From Podarcis liolepis (lineage: Eukaryota): 64,000 bases of DNA. The notes under the pieces are model-generated. The model made no database searches and had not been told where the DNA came from. It was given only the letters and a program-made list of their open reading frames with translations. The stretch lies in the NCBI GenBank assembly GCA_965112155.1, contig OZ218099.1; one strand, 5' to 3'. This document shows, one piece after another, positions 12,614 to 23,110 of the stretch (position 1 is its first letter; each line of letters opens with the position of its first letter). The translations under genes and the position numbers were made by a program.

Positions 12614-14310
12614 CCTTAAGTCATTTCACTTGGCAGGCATATGGCTGCATTTTGGAAGTGAGAAAGGGCTCAGGGTGGGGGATGGAGAGAACCCTGTCAC
12701 CGATGAATGACTGATGTGATGATGAATGCCAAGTCTTCTTCATATGCTATGTACATAGGGAAGTTTGTTAGCTGGGTTTCTGCCTGAGTTGCTGTCAGGC
12801 AGAACGGTGCAGGAGAAGAATGAGCAGCTGGCTGTGAGTAGGTGTATGCATGGATGGATGCAAGTTTCTATGGGGACAGAATAGCTTATCTCCTCCAATA
12901 CCAGATCTGTTTTTGAGAGGAAGGGGGAAAGGATTTTCATAAAGGTCTCCTGCAGCAAGACCCGATGGCTTATGGGTACTGAGTGCTTTTGTTTATCTTT
13001 ACTGAAGCTGTCTGGGGCTAATATATATATTTAGATTCAGATATAGATTTGCTGTCCCTGGAAAGTGCATCCATGCCAGATAGCAAGCAAATTACCTGGT
13101 ACTCTTGCATATACAAACAAAACCTGATAAAAGCATTATGTAGCACTGGCTTTTGCAGCTACAGTTCAGGAGCAATACCATGATGAATTGCCAAACAATT
13201 TAATTGGCAGGCTGGCGGAACATGTGAGAAAGCCAGGGGCTTCTTTCTGAGAAAATTGCTTTTTCCCTCTTCCACTTTACTAAAGCTATAACTCAGATGG
13301 TGGACTTAGGCATTTGTTCCCTTGTTAGTACTTTTATTTTTCAGCTTCTTGTGATAGTGAGTGATGGTTCAAATCCAACCCTTTTTTCTAGAAAAAAACC
13401 CCACCATACTGCTGTTGAACACTGATTGATTTAATAGCCCATCTGCCTACTTAGACATTTTGCTGATGGATATTTGATTGACAAGAGCATAAACTCTGTT
13501 GGGCAGTTAAGAGAGGGACCTCAGATAACCCTTACTGTAAGTTCACTAGCGGAGACTCAGAGGATATACGTTAGGAGTATGTATAGGAAGTCAAACGTCA
13601 GTGCCAGAAAATGTGGTTTCACTGTATATTGGGTAAGGATCTGCATGATACTGGGGAAAAGAATTTCCACTCTTCTTGTTGCAGTAATAAAACAGTAAGC
13701 CTTACAGTACAATAATGACACTTGCCAAAATGTGGGCATCTTCAGCATTCCTTCATTTTTTTTTATGGAAAGGTGACTGTTTTGCTATTCAAGGCCCAAA
13801 GTATCCCTGGGCACATGGAACATGGCGCCTCATTCTTTGGATCGTGCCGTTTATAATCGGAGTGTTGCTTTCATGCCGGTTTCATGTTCTAACTTTATGC
13901 AGCTCAAGACAGCCTGTGTATTTGTTGTAACCAAATCTTCTCCAGCAGAGATGATGAAGGAAAAGCATTTGGATGTTTTCCTCCTGAAAGAGCAGCTTCA
14001 TGCAATAGATCTGCTCTGGGAGGCTCTGCCAGGTTTATTTCTGGAGCTTGACCGTGAGATTGTTTCTTGTAAATTGTGCAGCCCTGGGCCTAAATGTCAC
14101 AGAAAGGACTCTGAATGATCACATACTCATCACTCAGCCGTCTAGACATCAAGTGACTTGATTTGCAGCTCTTGCAGGGTCAAATGAATCATATAGCATG
14201 CAATAATTTCCTGGCCATTGTCTTGCAAGCAATAGGTATTACTTAGAGATAGACATTTAATACAGCAAATAACTGAATCCACTGCCTTTGTTCCTTGACT
14301 GGTAGCATGC

Positions 14311-14512
14311 GGGGACATAGGAAGCTACAATATCTTGTACCTAATCAGACTATTTGTTTATCTAGTCCAGTATTCTTGGATTTGGCTGGCAGCAGCTCTC
14401 CAGGCTCTCAGAAAGAGAAAGGTCTTCCAAATCATTTGCTACCTGATCCTTTAAACTGGAGATGCTGTGGACCTTATGCATACAAAGCAGCACAACCGCT
14501 GAGCTCCTGACC
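14311..14512 (-). mobile_element. Degenerate tRNA-head/CR1-tail SINE (Squam3-like, family uncertain)
   Basis: ACATAGGAAGCT...ATCTAGTCCAGTATT is a CR1-like tail in reverse, and GGACCTT..GCATACAAAGCA..ACCGCTGAGCT is a tRNA-like head in reverse. Confidence 0.5.
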
Positions 14513-14683
14513 CTTCTGAAGCTGGGGACTTTAAAGTGATTTTTGCCATTAGCCAAACAGAAAGTTAATCTGTTCTGGATAAATTCATTAAACAAAAGAA
14601 ACAGAATTAAAAATATATGTATTAATTTATTTTATTAATGATGTTTATGTGCTGCTTAATATGTGAGATCCTTAAACAGTTTA

Positions 14684-14924
14684 CAGTGGTACCTCGGGTT
14701 ACATACACTTCAGGTTACATACGCTTCAGGTTACAGACTCTGCTAACCCAGAAATAGTACCTCGGGTTAAGAACTTTGCTTCAGGATGAGAACAGAAATC
14801 GTGCCCCGGCAGCGCGGCGGCAGCAGGAGGCCCCATTAGCTAAAGTGGTGCTTCAGGTTAAGAACAGTTTCAGGTTAAGAATGGACCTCCGAACGAATTA
14901 AGTACTTAACCCAAGGTACCACTG
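14684..14924 (+). mobile_element. Tc1/mariner (Tigger-like) MITE
   Basis: TIRs CAGTGGTACCTCGGGTTA / TAACCCAAGGTACCACTG, TA duplication on both sides, close paralogues at 19313 and 28431. Confidence 0.92.
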
Positions 14925-15881
14925 TACATTAAATACAATAAAATCATTTTTAAAAGGAAATGGAAATCTTAATAATAAAAGTAACAACAACAACAACAAC
15001 AACAACTACTTTATTATTTCTACCCTGCCCATCTGGCTGGGTTTCCGCAGCCACTCTGGGTGACTTCCAGCACATATAAAAACACAATAAAATGACAAAC
15101 ATTGAAAACTTCCTGGCACAGGGCTGCTTTCAGATGTCTTATCAAAGTTGTGTAGTTCTTTACCCCCTTGAATAATTATTATTATTTTACTATATAAAGC
15201 ATTATGATCAGGAATACAAAGAAATACATTGATTGAAAAGGAGACTCCATCAAAACATTCAGCAAAGTATCAATAAATAATAAAACAGAGCCGTCAATGA
15301 ATCTTATGAGCCTGGAAAATTCTGCCTAAACAAATAGGTCAGGGAGTGTTTGCCACTATTTGTAAATGTGGGTATATAAATTTATCCACATATTTAATGA
15401 TTGGAAAAATATCAACAAAACCAAACAACCAAAGCATTATTTGGACCTTACAGTTTAACAGGTCTGTGACCGTGTAATAAATGATTGATAGATAGATGTC
15501 ACGGTTGTACATAAGACCAATGTGTGAGCAGGCCTGTGCCAAGAAGCCCTCACAGACAGTGAGAATGTCTGCCTTCACAGAATGCCCACATGGGGAGGGG
15601 GGAGACTATGTGCAGCTCTGTACTTGCAGCGGCCTTACACGAGAGTATAACTGCTGAATAGGGCACAGCTCTCTGCTCTAATGGTACTGTATTCATACAC
15701 ACTTTGCATGCTGACATTTACAGTTGTCGCTGGTTTAAGAAACGACTCTGCTATGTAGTATTCATCCAAAATGAATTGGGTGAAGCCAGGTAGAAGTTGT
15801 CCTTTGGAAGATCTATTCATAGGAGAAACACATCCCAACACTTACTGCATCAGATAGAGAGATAGAATATGAAAACAACAA

Positions 15882-16412
15882 GGACAGCTTGGTCAGTTAG
15901 AGCGTGGTGCTGATAATGTCAAGGTTGCAGGTTTGCTCCCCATACTGGACAGCTCCATATTCCTGCATTGCAGGGGGTTGGACTACTAGATGATCCTCAG
16001 GGTCCCTTCCAACTCTAAAAGGCAAAGGACCCCTGGACGGTTAAGTCCAGAGAAAGGCGACTATGGGGTTGCGGCGCTCATCTCACTTTACAGGCCAAGG
16101 GAGCTGGTGTTTGTCCACAGTTTTTCCTGGTCATGTGGCCAGCATGACTAAGCCGCTTCTGGCGCAGTGGAACACCGAAACCAGAGCAGCGCATGGAAAC
16201 ACCATTTACCTTCCCGCCGGAGCGGTACCTATTTATCTACTTGCACTTTGACGTGCTTTCGAACTGCTAGGTTGGCAGGAGCTGGGACTGAGCAACGGGA
16301 GCTCACCCCATCACGGGAATTTGAACCGCCGACCTTCTGATTGGCAAGCCCAAGAGACTCAGTGGTTTAGACCACAGTGCCGTCTGCGTCCCTTCCAACT
16401 CTACAATTCTAT
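15882..16412 (+). mobile_element. tRNA-Ile-derived SINE with CR1 3' tail, split by a Sauria SINE
   Basis: The head GTTAGAGCGTGGTGCTGATAATGTCAAGGTTGCAGGTTTG resembles vertebrate tRNA-Ile. The tail GGGTTGGACTA..GATGATCCTCAGGGTCCCTTCCAACTCTA|CAATTCTAT is a canonical CR1 3' end and resumes after the insertion. Confidence 0.75.
16018..16392 (-). mobile_element. Sauria SINE, full length, nested
   Basis: Reverse complement of the 845-1191 family, ending TGCGTCCC. TSD TTCCAACTCTA at 16007-16017 and 16393-16403. Confidence 0.92.
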
Positions 16413-16972
16413 AAATATCCCATTTCTGTCTTCTTCAAATCCTGCTCAAAAAGAAGCTCCCACTTTCTGCTCCACTCTCCAAGTACACAGCTATACAGAT
16501 GTTAATGCAACAATAACTGGTAGACAGTGGGGACTGGTCCACTAGGGAGAATGGGTCACTGTCCCATCAACTTCAGTCTGCCATCAGCTAGCCCCCACTT
16601 GTCTGTCTCCTTACTTGCAACCAGTCCAAGGGTTGTTCATTGCTTGTCAGAGCTTCCTCTACCTTAGTCTCAGTGCTGGCCTTATAGAACTCAGCAAGTT
16701 GGCTCTGTCTGTTGATCTCCCTGCCTTCCACCCTACTGATCTCAATGGGCACCAGTCACCACTGCTGGGAATAGGGCAGACCTTCTTCTGCATAAGAAAC
16801 CACTTCATCTAAAAAGCTAGCCTTGCCTTCCATAGGAAGTCAACTTTTATGGACCCTACTGTATTAAAACTATTCATTGCATAACCAAGACTGAGCTGAT
16901 CATATCTTATGGTACTGATGGGATATTTAAATACATTTCTTTTATGTCTTAGGAAACAGATAAAATCTCATC

Positions 16973-17195
16973 ATGGGAGCTGTGGTGGTTGACGATGGTC
17001 CTAGCGGAGTTAAAGCCCCAGATGGCGGCTGGGGCTGGGCTGTTCTCTTTGGGTGCTTTGTCATCACGGGATTCTCCTATGCCTTCCCAAAGGCCATGAG
17101 CGTCTTCTTTAAAGAGCTTATCCGGGAGTTTGGTGTTGGATACAGTGACACCGCGTGGATCTCCTCCATTCTGTTGGCTATGCTTTATGGAACAG
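16973..17195 (+). CDS. SLC16A3: Monocarboxylate transporter 4 (MCT4), coding exon 1
   Basis: [25 protein letters not shown]...[18 protein letters not shown] contains the MCT signature PDGGWGW. Acceptor TTAG at 16949-16952, in-frame TAA upstream of the ATG, donor G|GTAAG; 223 nt. Confidence 0.97.
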
Positions 17196-17302
17196 GTAAG
17201 TACTTACAACATTCTAAAACTGGGGTAATAAATACATGAAAGAAACATATTACTCTATTTTATTTTATATATATTATAAAGCGTGGCTTTTACAATAAAA
17301 TA

Positions 17303-17470
17303 CCGTATTTTTCACTATATAACACGCACCCGACCATAACACGCACGTAGTTTTTAGAGGAGGAAAATCCGTAGGCATGCCACCCGTAGGCATTCCCTCC
17401 ATAACATGCACAGACATTTCCCCTTACTTTTAGGAGGAAAAAAGTGAGTGTTATGGTGCAAAAAATACGG
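17303..17470. mobile_element. Tc1/mariner MITE (168 bp)
   Basis: TIRs CCGTATTTTT / AAAAATACGG with flanking TA on both sides. Confidence 0.85.
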
Positions 17471-17564
17471 TAGTTTGTTCCCCAAACCAAGAAAACAAGG
17501 GCATTAAAAATAAGCAAGTCTATAAAGGCAGCATTAAAATACACTAGTCGGAATAAAACAGACT

Positions 17565-17803
17565 GAAGGTGAAGGGACCCCTGACCATTAGGTCCAGTCG
17601 TGACCGACTCTGGGGTTCTGGCGCTCATCTCACTTTATTGGCCGAGGGAGCCAGCGTACAGCTTCTGGGTCATGTGGCCAGCATGACTATGCCGCTTCTG
17701 GCGAACCACAGCAGCGCACGGAAACGGTGTTTACCTTCCCGCCAGAGCGGTACCTATTTATCAGCTTGCACTTTGATGTGCTTTTGAACTGCTAGGTTGG
17801 CAG
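17565..17803 (-). mobile_element. 5'-truncated Sauria SINE
   Basis: Reverse complement of the 3' two-thirds of the Sauria SINE, with CAGACT repeated at both junctions. Confidence 0.9.
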
Positions 17804-18627
17804 ACTAGCACAAGTCAAAAAGTTCAAAATAGTAATAAGATCTATTCCAGGTGCTGGGAAAACATCCATGTAGGTGCCAGGTTCTTAAGCTAGGGTGCCA
17901 CACTGAAAAGGCTCCTTTCCTAGTGATCACCTGTCGTGGCTCAGGTGGCAGAACTGGAAAAAGCTCTCTGAATATGATCTAAAATAGAGTGGAGAACCTT
18001 TTGGGGCCAGATGGGACAACTTTGGCAGGTGGGTGTGATAACCCATATGGTACTCACCTTATGTCATGGGCAGTGAGTTCAAGCCTGCTTTCTGCAGGGG
18101 TCAGCCACATAATTAAATTCTCCAAGGGGAACTTGGTTGCACAACAGGTCCACTGGGCTTAAACTCACAGACAGGCTTGAACTCACAATGATCCATTGGG
18201 CTCGAACTCACGCTGACCTACAGCAAAGGAACCATCAGGAGCTTGCTTTAAACTCCCAATAGTTCCTTGGTAGTCACATTGGTACCTGCTCCATCCCTGG
18301 TATCACAAATGGTGCCAGGGGGTGGGGCAGGTGGGGGTGGTTTATAATGGAAACGTGAAGGCCACCAATATCTGTACACATTAAAAAAAAGAAAGCTAAC
18401 AGTCTCAAGTATCCTCCAGATGTGTTGGGTAAGCACCAGCAATCTAGAGCCTTGGTCAAATGAAAAGGAGATGGAAAATGGAATCTGACGTCTTCAGACA
18501 CAAGGTCTTCAGACAACTGAATCTGGGTGGGCCTTATGAGAAGAAATACAAACCGCAACTGATAGATATATTAATGATCTGGGAAGTTACAGAAACAAAC
18601 ATCTTACCCATTCTCTCTTTTGCTCAG

Positions 18628-18771
18628 GGCCCCTGTGCAGTATGTGTGTCAATCGGTTTGGTTGCCGTCCTGTTATGCTGGTCGGAGGCCTCTTTGCTTC
18701 ATCGGGGATGATCGCTGCTTCCTACTCCACTAATATAATACAGGTCTACCTTACCGCTGGTGTCATTACCG
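18628..18771 (+). CDS. SLC16A3: MCT4 coding exon 2
   Basis: TTTTGCTCAG|GG...ACCG|GTAAGT; 144 nt; translates GPLCSMCVNRFGCRPVMLVGGLFASSGMIAASYSTNIIQVYLTAGVITG. This frame is not in the ORF track. Confidence 0.97.
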
Positions 18772-19312
18772 GTAAGTGCCAGTGTCAAAGAACCCAGCCA
18801 GTGGGCTGACTGTGTTACATGTAGCTATGCTACTGGTTGCTATAGCTTGTGAGAGAGGGTGAGCCAATGGGGGGGGGACATGTGGTACGGCATCTCTTTC
18901 ATGTGCTAGTTTTGTATTTGTGGGGATACGTGTATGTAGGGGAGCACTGATCCCTTAATGGCATTCTTAAATGGTGCAGTTTCACGTTGCATGCACTGGT
19001 GTAAAGTAGGTCTCTCATTCACAATGCCCTTTCTGTCTACCACTTCCTGACATTTTCTAAACCAGTCCTTTTGCCATATGCATTCTCTTTGTTGACTGGC
19101 CTCAGGCGTCTTCTCACTTCCTTGCAGTCAAACATCAGTTACCATTCTTGGTTCCTCTGCCAGGTCAGTGAGGTGCCTTGCTCACAACTATCCACACGTA
19201 GCTGCAAGCCTGAGTCTGTTGCTGGTTGTAGGGCCCTTCCAAACTGGATTTGTTTTTGCAGGTGGGTTCTGCAAGACTGCATCAATGCAGCAGTGTATTA
19301 GTGATGGATCTA

Positions 19313-19538
19313 CAGTGGTACCTCGGGTTACATAAGCTTCAGGTTACAGACTCCACTAACCCAGAAATAGTACCTTGGGTTAAGAACTTTGCTTCAGGAT
19401 GAGAACAGAAATTGTGCTCCGGTGGTGCAACAGCAGCAGGAGGTCCCATTAGTTAAAGTGGTGCTTCAGGTTAAGAACAGTTTCAGGTTAAGAACGGACC
19501 TCTGGAATGAATTAAGTACTTAACCCGAGGTACCACTG
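19313..19538 (+). mobile_element. Tc1/mariner (Tigger-like) MITE
   Basis: Perfect TIRs CAGTGGTACCTCGGGTTA / TAACCCGAGGTACCACTG, TA TSD. Confidence 0.92.
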
Positions 19539-21207
19539 TATACTGGACTGTCCACGCATCATTCTGTTTTATTTGTCGTTCAGCAACGATTCCCAACGTG
19601 GTTGCATTATTGTTGTCTGGAGCACTACCCTTGCACTATGGCGCAACAAAGATAGGGGTGGGCATGGGAAACATGGAACACTTGTGGTATGAAAAGATAC
19701 AGGATTTCAGCAGGAAGTTGAATCAGAACAGGCACTGATTGAAAATAAAGTGGTATGTCCGCCCTGAAATTTTGTTGGTGGAAACAGTATAGAAAGAGGG
19801 ATTGTGTATAGGTGTCCCAACACCATCATGAACACAAATAATCATAAATGCATAATAAAAAGGAAGGGGGGTGCCTTCATTCCCATAAGTGTATCTGTGA
19901 TTGATAAGCATCAGGTACAAAATGAAATCAAATGAGATCTCTCATATATTTATGTGATTACTATGGTTACCTTTTTTTGGGTGGGTTAGAAAACGGAATA
20001 TTTCTTCCCCTTAAAATAGGCACAAAGCAAGACTGGTTCTGTATGTGTGAAAAGAGCTAGTCCAGGTATGAGCAGGTTATAGTTTCCCTTGAAATCAAGA
20101 TGCAGTGTTAAGTGTGTAAGGACAAAAGAAGTAATTATAATTTAACAGTTTTCAAGTTACTCTATTTTATCAAAGCAACTAGAAAAAATATATATTGTGA
20201 TGGGAAGATCTCACACAGGTGAAGGGAAGCAGTGGGGAGGAGGGGAGGGTTAGGTTGAATTTGGGAAATAAAATAATACATGGGACAGCAAAGGATATAA
20301 TAGATTCTTATAGAATAGTAACATATTGTAACCAGAATAGAAGTTTAAAAGGGGAAGTAAAAGTAATTTTAGTATTCATTATTGTAATAGTTATTATTAT
20401 TTCTTATTGGTAGAAGGCAATGTTAATTTAGACTTCTTTGTTTTGCTGTCTGTATTTTCCCCCCTTTTTTAAGCCAATGAAAAAAAGGAAAGAAATCAAG
20501 ATGCAGTGAATCTTACCAGACTTGATCCAAGCCTTTCCATGTTTCATGGATATATAGACTGTAAAACCTTAAAATCTGCCCGTTTAAATTCCTTCCAAAG
20601 TTTCCCACTTCCCCAGCAGAGAAAAAGACCACACTTTTGGTAACTTAAAAATGTTTTACTTACAAACTCTCCAAAGGACAGCTTGATGTGCTTTTCCATA
20701 CAGCATTCAGAAAAGTTGCACAGGTGGTAAAACGTAGCTTAGTTCCAAAGTGGTAGAAGTTCCTACATTCTTGGTATAGGAATTCAGGAGTACTTGGTGA
20801 GAGCCATGCTCACATCTCTTTGGGGGTTCTCTAGTAGACTGAGGGGCAACAATAGGCTTGATTACCCATTTCCTTCCAAGATAAAGGAAGTGACCCAGCT
20901 AATTGTGGCAGGATAGCTTACTCTATGGTATTAACCCTTTCATACATTAATTAGGCTTAAGCATATTGGCTATATGAGGCTGGTTATATTGGTTATATGA
21001 GGCTAGTCTTCCTGCACAGGTTTGGACAAGAGCATGCAGCCCTTAAAGATATGCTGATGTCTTTGGCCATACCCCAAACCGTACCTGGGCTATTTTTGTA
21101 TCTTGAGCTGTAAGTTGCTCACCTGCAGCGCCTGCAGCATAGAGCACTCCTGTTACATATGCTGAATGTTGTTCCTGATTTAAACTCTGGCATCTGTTCT
21201 GTTTCAG

Positions 21208-21975
21208 GACTGGGCCTGGCGCTCAATTTCCAGCCATCGCTCATCATGCTGAATCGCTACTTTAGCAAAAAGCGACCTTTGGCCAATGGGTTGGCTGCAG
21301 CTGGAAGCCCTGTGTTTCTTTGTGCTCTTTCCCCCTTGGGGCAGCAACTACAGCATGTGTATGGATGGCGAGGAGGATTTCTCATCTTGGGGGGGTTGCT
21401 TTTGAACTGCTGTGTTTGTGGAGCTCTGATGAGACCGTTGGAGGCTCCTAAAAAACCTGACGCTTCCCAAGCGGCCCCTGAGAAGCAAATCAAGAAAAAG
21501 CTACTGGATTTCAGTGTCTTCAGAGATCGTGGCTTCGTAATCTATACAGTAGCTGCATCCATCATGGTGCTGGGCTTATTTGTGCCCCCGGTCTTTGTGG
21601 TGAGCTATGCTAAGGATATGAAGAACCCAGACGGCAAATCAGCTTTACTTCTGACCATTCTTGGAATGATTGATATCTTTGCTCGGCCCATTTGTGGAAT
21701 AGTGGCTGGCTTGAAGTGGGTTAGGCCCCGTTGTGTCTACCTCTTTAGCTTTTCTATGCTCTTTAATGGTTTTACTGATCTCATGGGGTCCATGGCCTAC
21801 AATTATGATGGACTGGTGGTCTTCTGCATTTTCTTTGGCATTTCCTATGGAATGGTTGGTGCTCTTCAGTTTGAAGTTCTCATGGCTATTGTTGGCACAC
21901 AGAAGTTTTCCAGTGCCATTGGTTTAGTTCTCCTGATGGAGGCGATGGCCGTTCTAATTGGACCACCTTCAGCAG
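21208..21975 (+). CDS. SLC16A3: MCT4 coding exon 3
   Basis: GTTTCAG|GA...GCAG|GTAAAT; 768 nt; [35 protein letters not shown]...DIFARP...LIGPPSAG, including the conserved TM8 Asp/Arg pair. Confidence 0.98.
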
Positions 21976-22115
21976 GTAAATGTTACATTCAGTTCATTTG
22001 CTGTTTGTCAATTAAGGGATGGGGCAGGTTTATGGGGAAAGACAGAAAAGTGATGGGAATTACCATGGAATGCAATTTCTTTTATTTTGAGGCAATGAAC
22101 AACAGGCTTAGTTTT

Positions 22116-22464
22116 GGGTGGCACTGTGGTCTAAACCACAGAGTCTAGGGCTTGCCGATCAGAAGGTCGGCAGTTCGAATCCCCGCAACAGGGTGAGCTC
22201 CCATTGTTCAGTCCCAGCTCCTGCCCACCTAGCAGTTCAAAAGCACGTCAAAGTGTAAGTAGATAAATAGGTACCGCTCCGGCGGGAAGGTAAACGGCGT
22301 TTCCGTGTGCTGCTCTGGTTTGCCAGAAGTGGCTTAGTCATGCTGGCCACATGACCTGGAAGCTGTACGCCGGCTCCCTCGGCCAATAAAGTGAGATGAG
22401 CGCCGCAACCCCAGAGTCGGCCACGACTGGACCTAATGGTCAGGGGTCCCTTTACCTTTACCTT
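22116..22464 (+). mobile_element. Sauria SINE in last SLC16A3 intron
   Basis: Near full-length match to the other copies, with intact B box GTTCGAATCC and ACCTTT tail. No clear TSD. Confidence 0.92.
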
Positions 22465-22847
22465 ACAGATTTGTTGGCCCCATGGCTACGTTAAGAACAT
22501 AAGAAGAGCCTGCTGGATCAGACCAGTGACCCAACAACACTATCCACTCCTCTGGTTCTTGGCAACTGGTACTCAGAAGCATGCTCAGAAGAACAGAGAC
22601 ATGTGCAAGAGCAGACTGAGGATCAGGGACAAGGTGGAGTGGTTGTGGTTACAGGCTAGCTTTGTCAATCAGCCAAGAAGTAGCGCACTCACATGTACCA
22701 TACTGAAAGTTAAAAATAAAGAGCTATCAGAATTCATAGGGATTCTAAATTTATTGAAAATGTTTCTTCAAATTAAGAGAGTTGGGAACTTAGAGAATGG
22801 GTTTGATTGAACATGTTGTTGATGAAGCTGTGAATTTTCTCTTCCAG

Positions 22848-23110
22848 GGAAAGTCTTGGACGCAACACACAAATATATGTATGTTTTTATTATGGCTGGC
22901 GTTGAAGTGGTCACTTCGGCTTTGGTGCTGGCTATAGGAAATGCCTTCTGTATTAAAAAACCAGCAGAAACACACACACAAGAAGATGTCGCTGAAAGAG
23001 AAGAGTTAAACAAATCTGGAAACGCCAAGGTGGACTCTATTGAAGTGGAACACTTTCTGAAAGACGAAAAGAACGGGGAAGTTGTAACTAACCCAGAAAC
23101 CTGTGTGTGA
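22848..23110 (+). CDS. SLC16A3: MCT4 last coding exon
   Basis: TTTTCTCTTCCAG|GG; GKVLDATHKYMYVFIMAGVEVV...EVEHFLKDEKNGEVVTNPETCV*. The four exons sum to 1398 nt = 465 aa plus stop. Confidence 0.97.

Noticed and set aside
12760-12840. Another alternative first exon ending GCT|GTGAGT
   Set aside because: Only a donor motif is present, with no supporting promoter or acceptor evidence.
15882-15950. Functional tRNA-Ile gene
   Set aside because: The acceptor and T arms are degenerate and the sequence runs straight into a CR1 tail, so it is a SINE head.
20560-20946. Possible solo LTR (TG...CA, minus strand starts TGTATGAAAGGGTTAA)
   Set aside because: No target-site duplication and no second copy in the window, so it cannot be supported without a search.
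21159-22148. 329-aa ORF as a single-exon gene
   Set aside because: It is coding exon 3 of SLC16A3 plus read-through into flanking introns.
16973-23110. Assignment as SLC16A8 (MCT3) or SLC16A1
   Set aside because: The N-terminus, the EVEHFLK...PETxV tail, the 465-aa length and adjacency to CSNK1D all fit SLC16A3.
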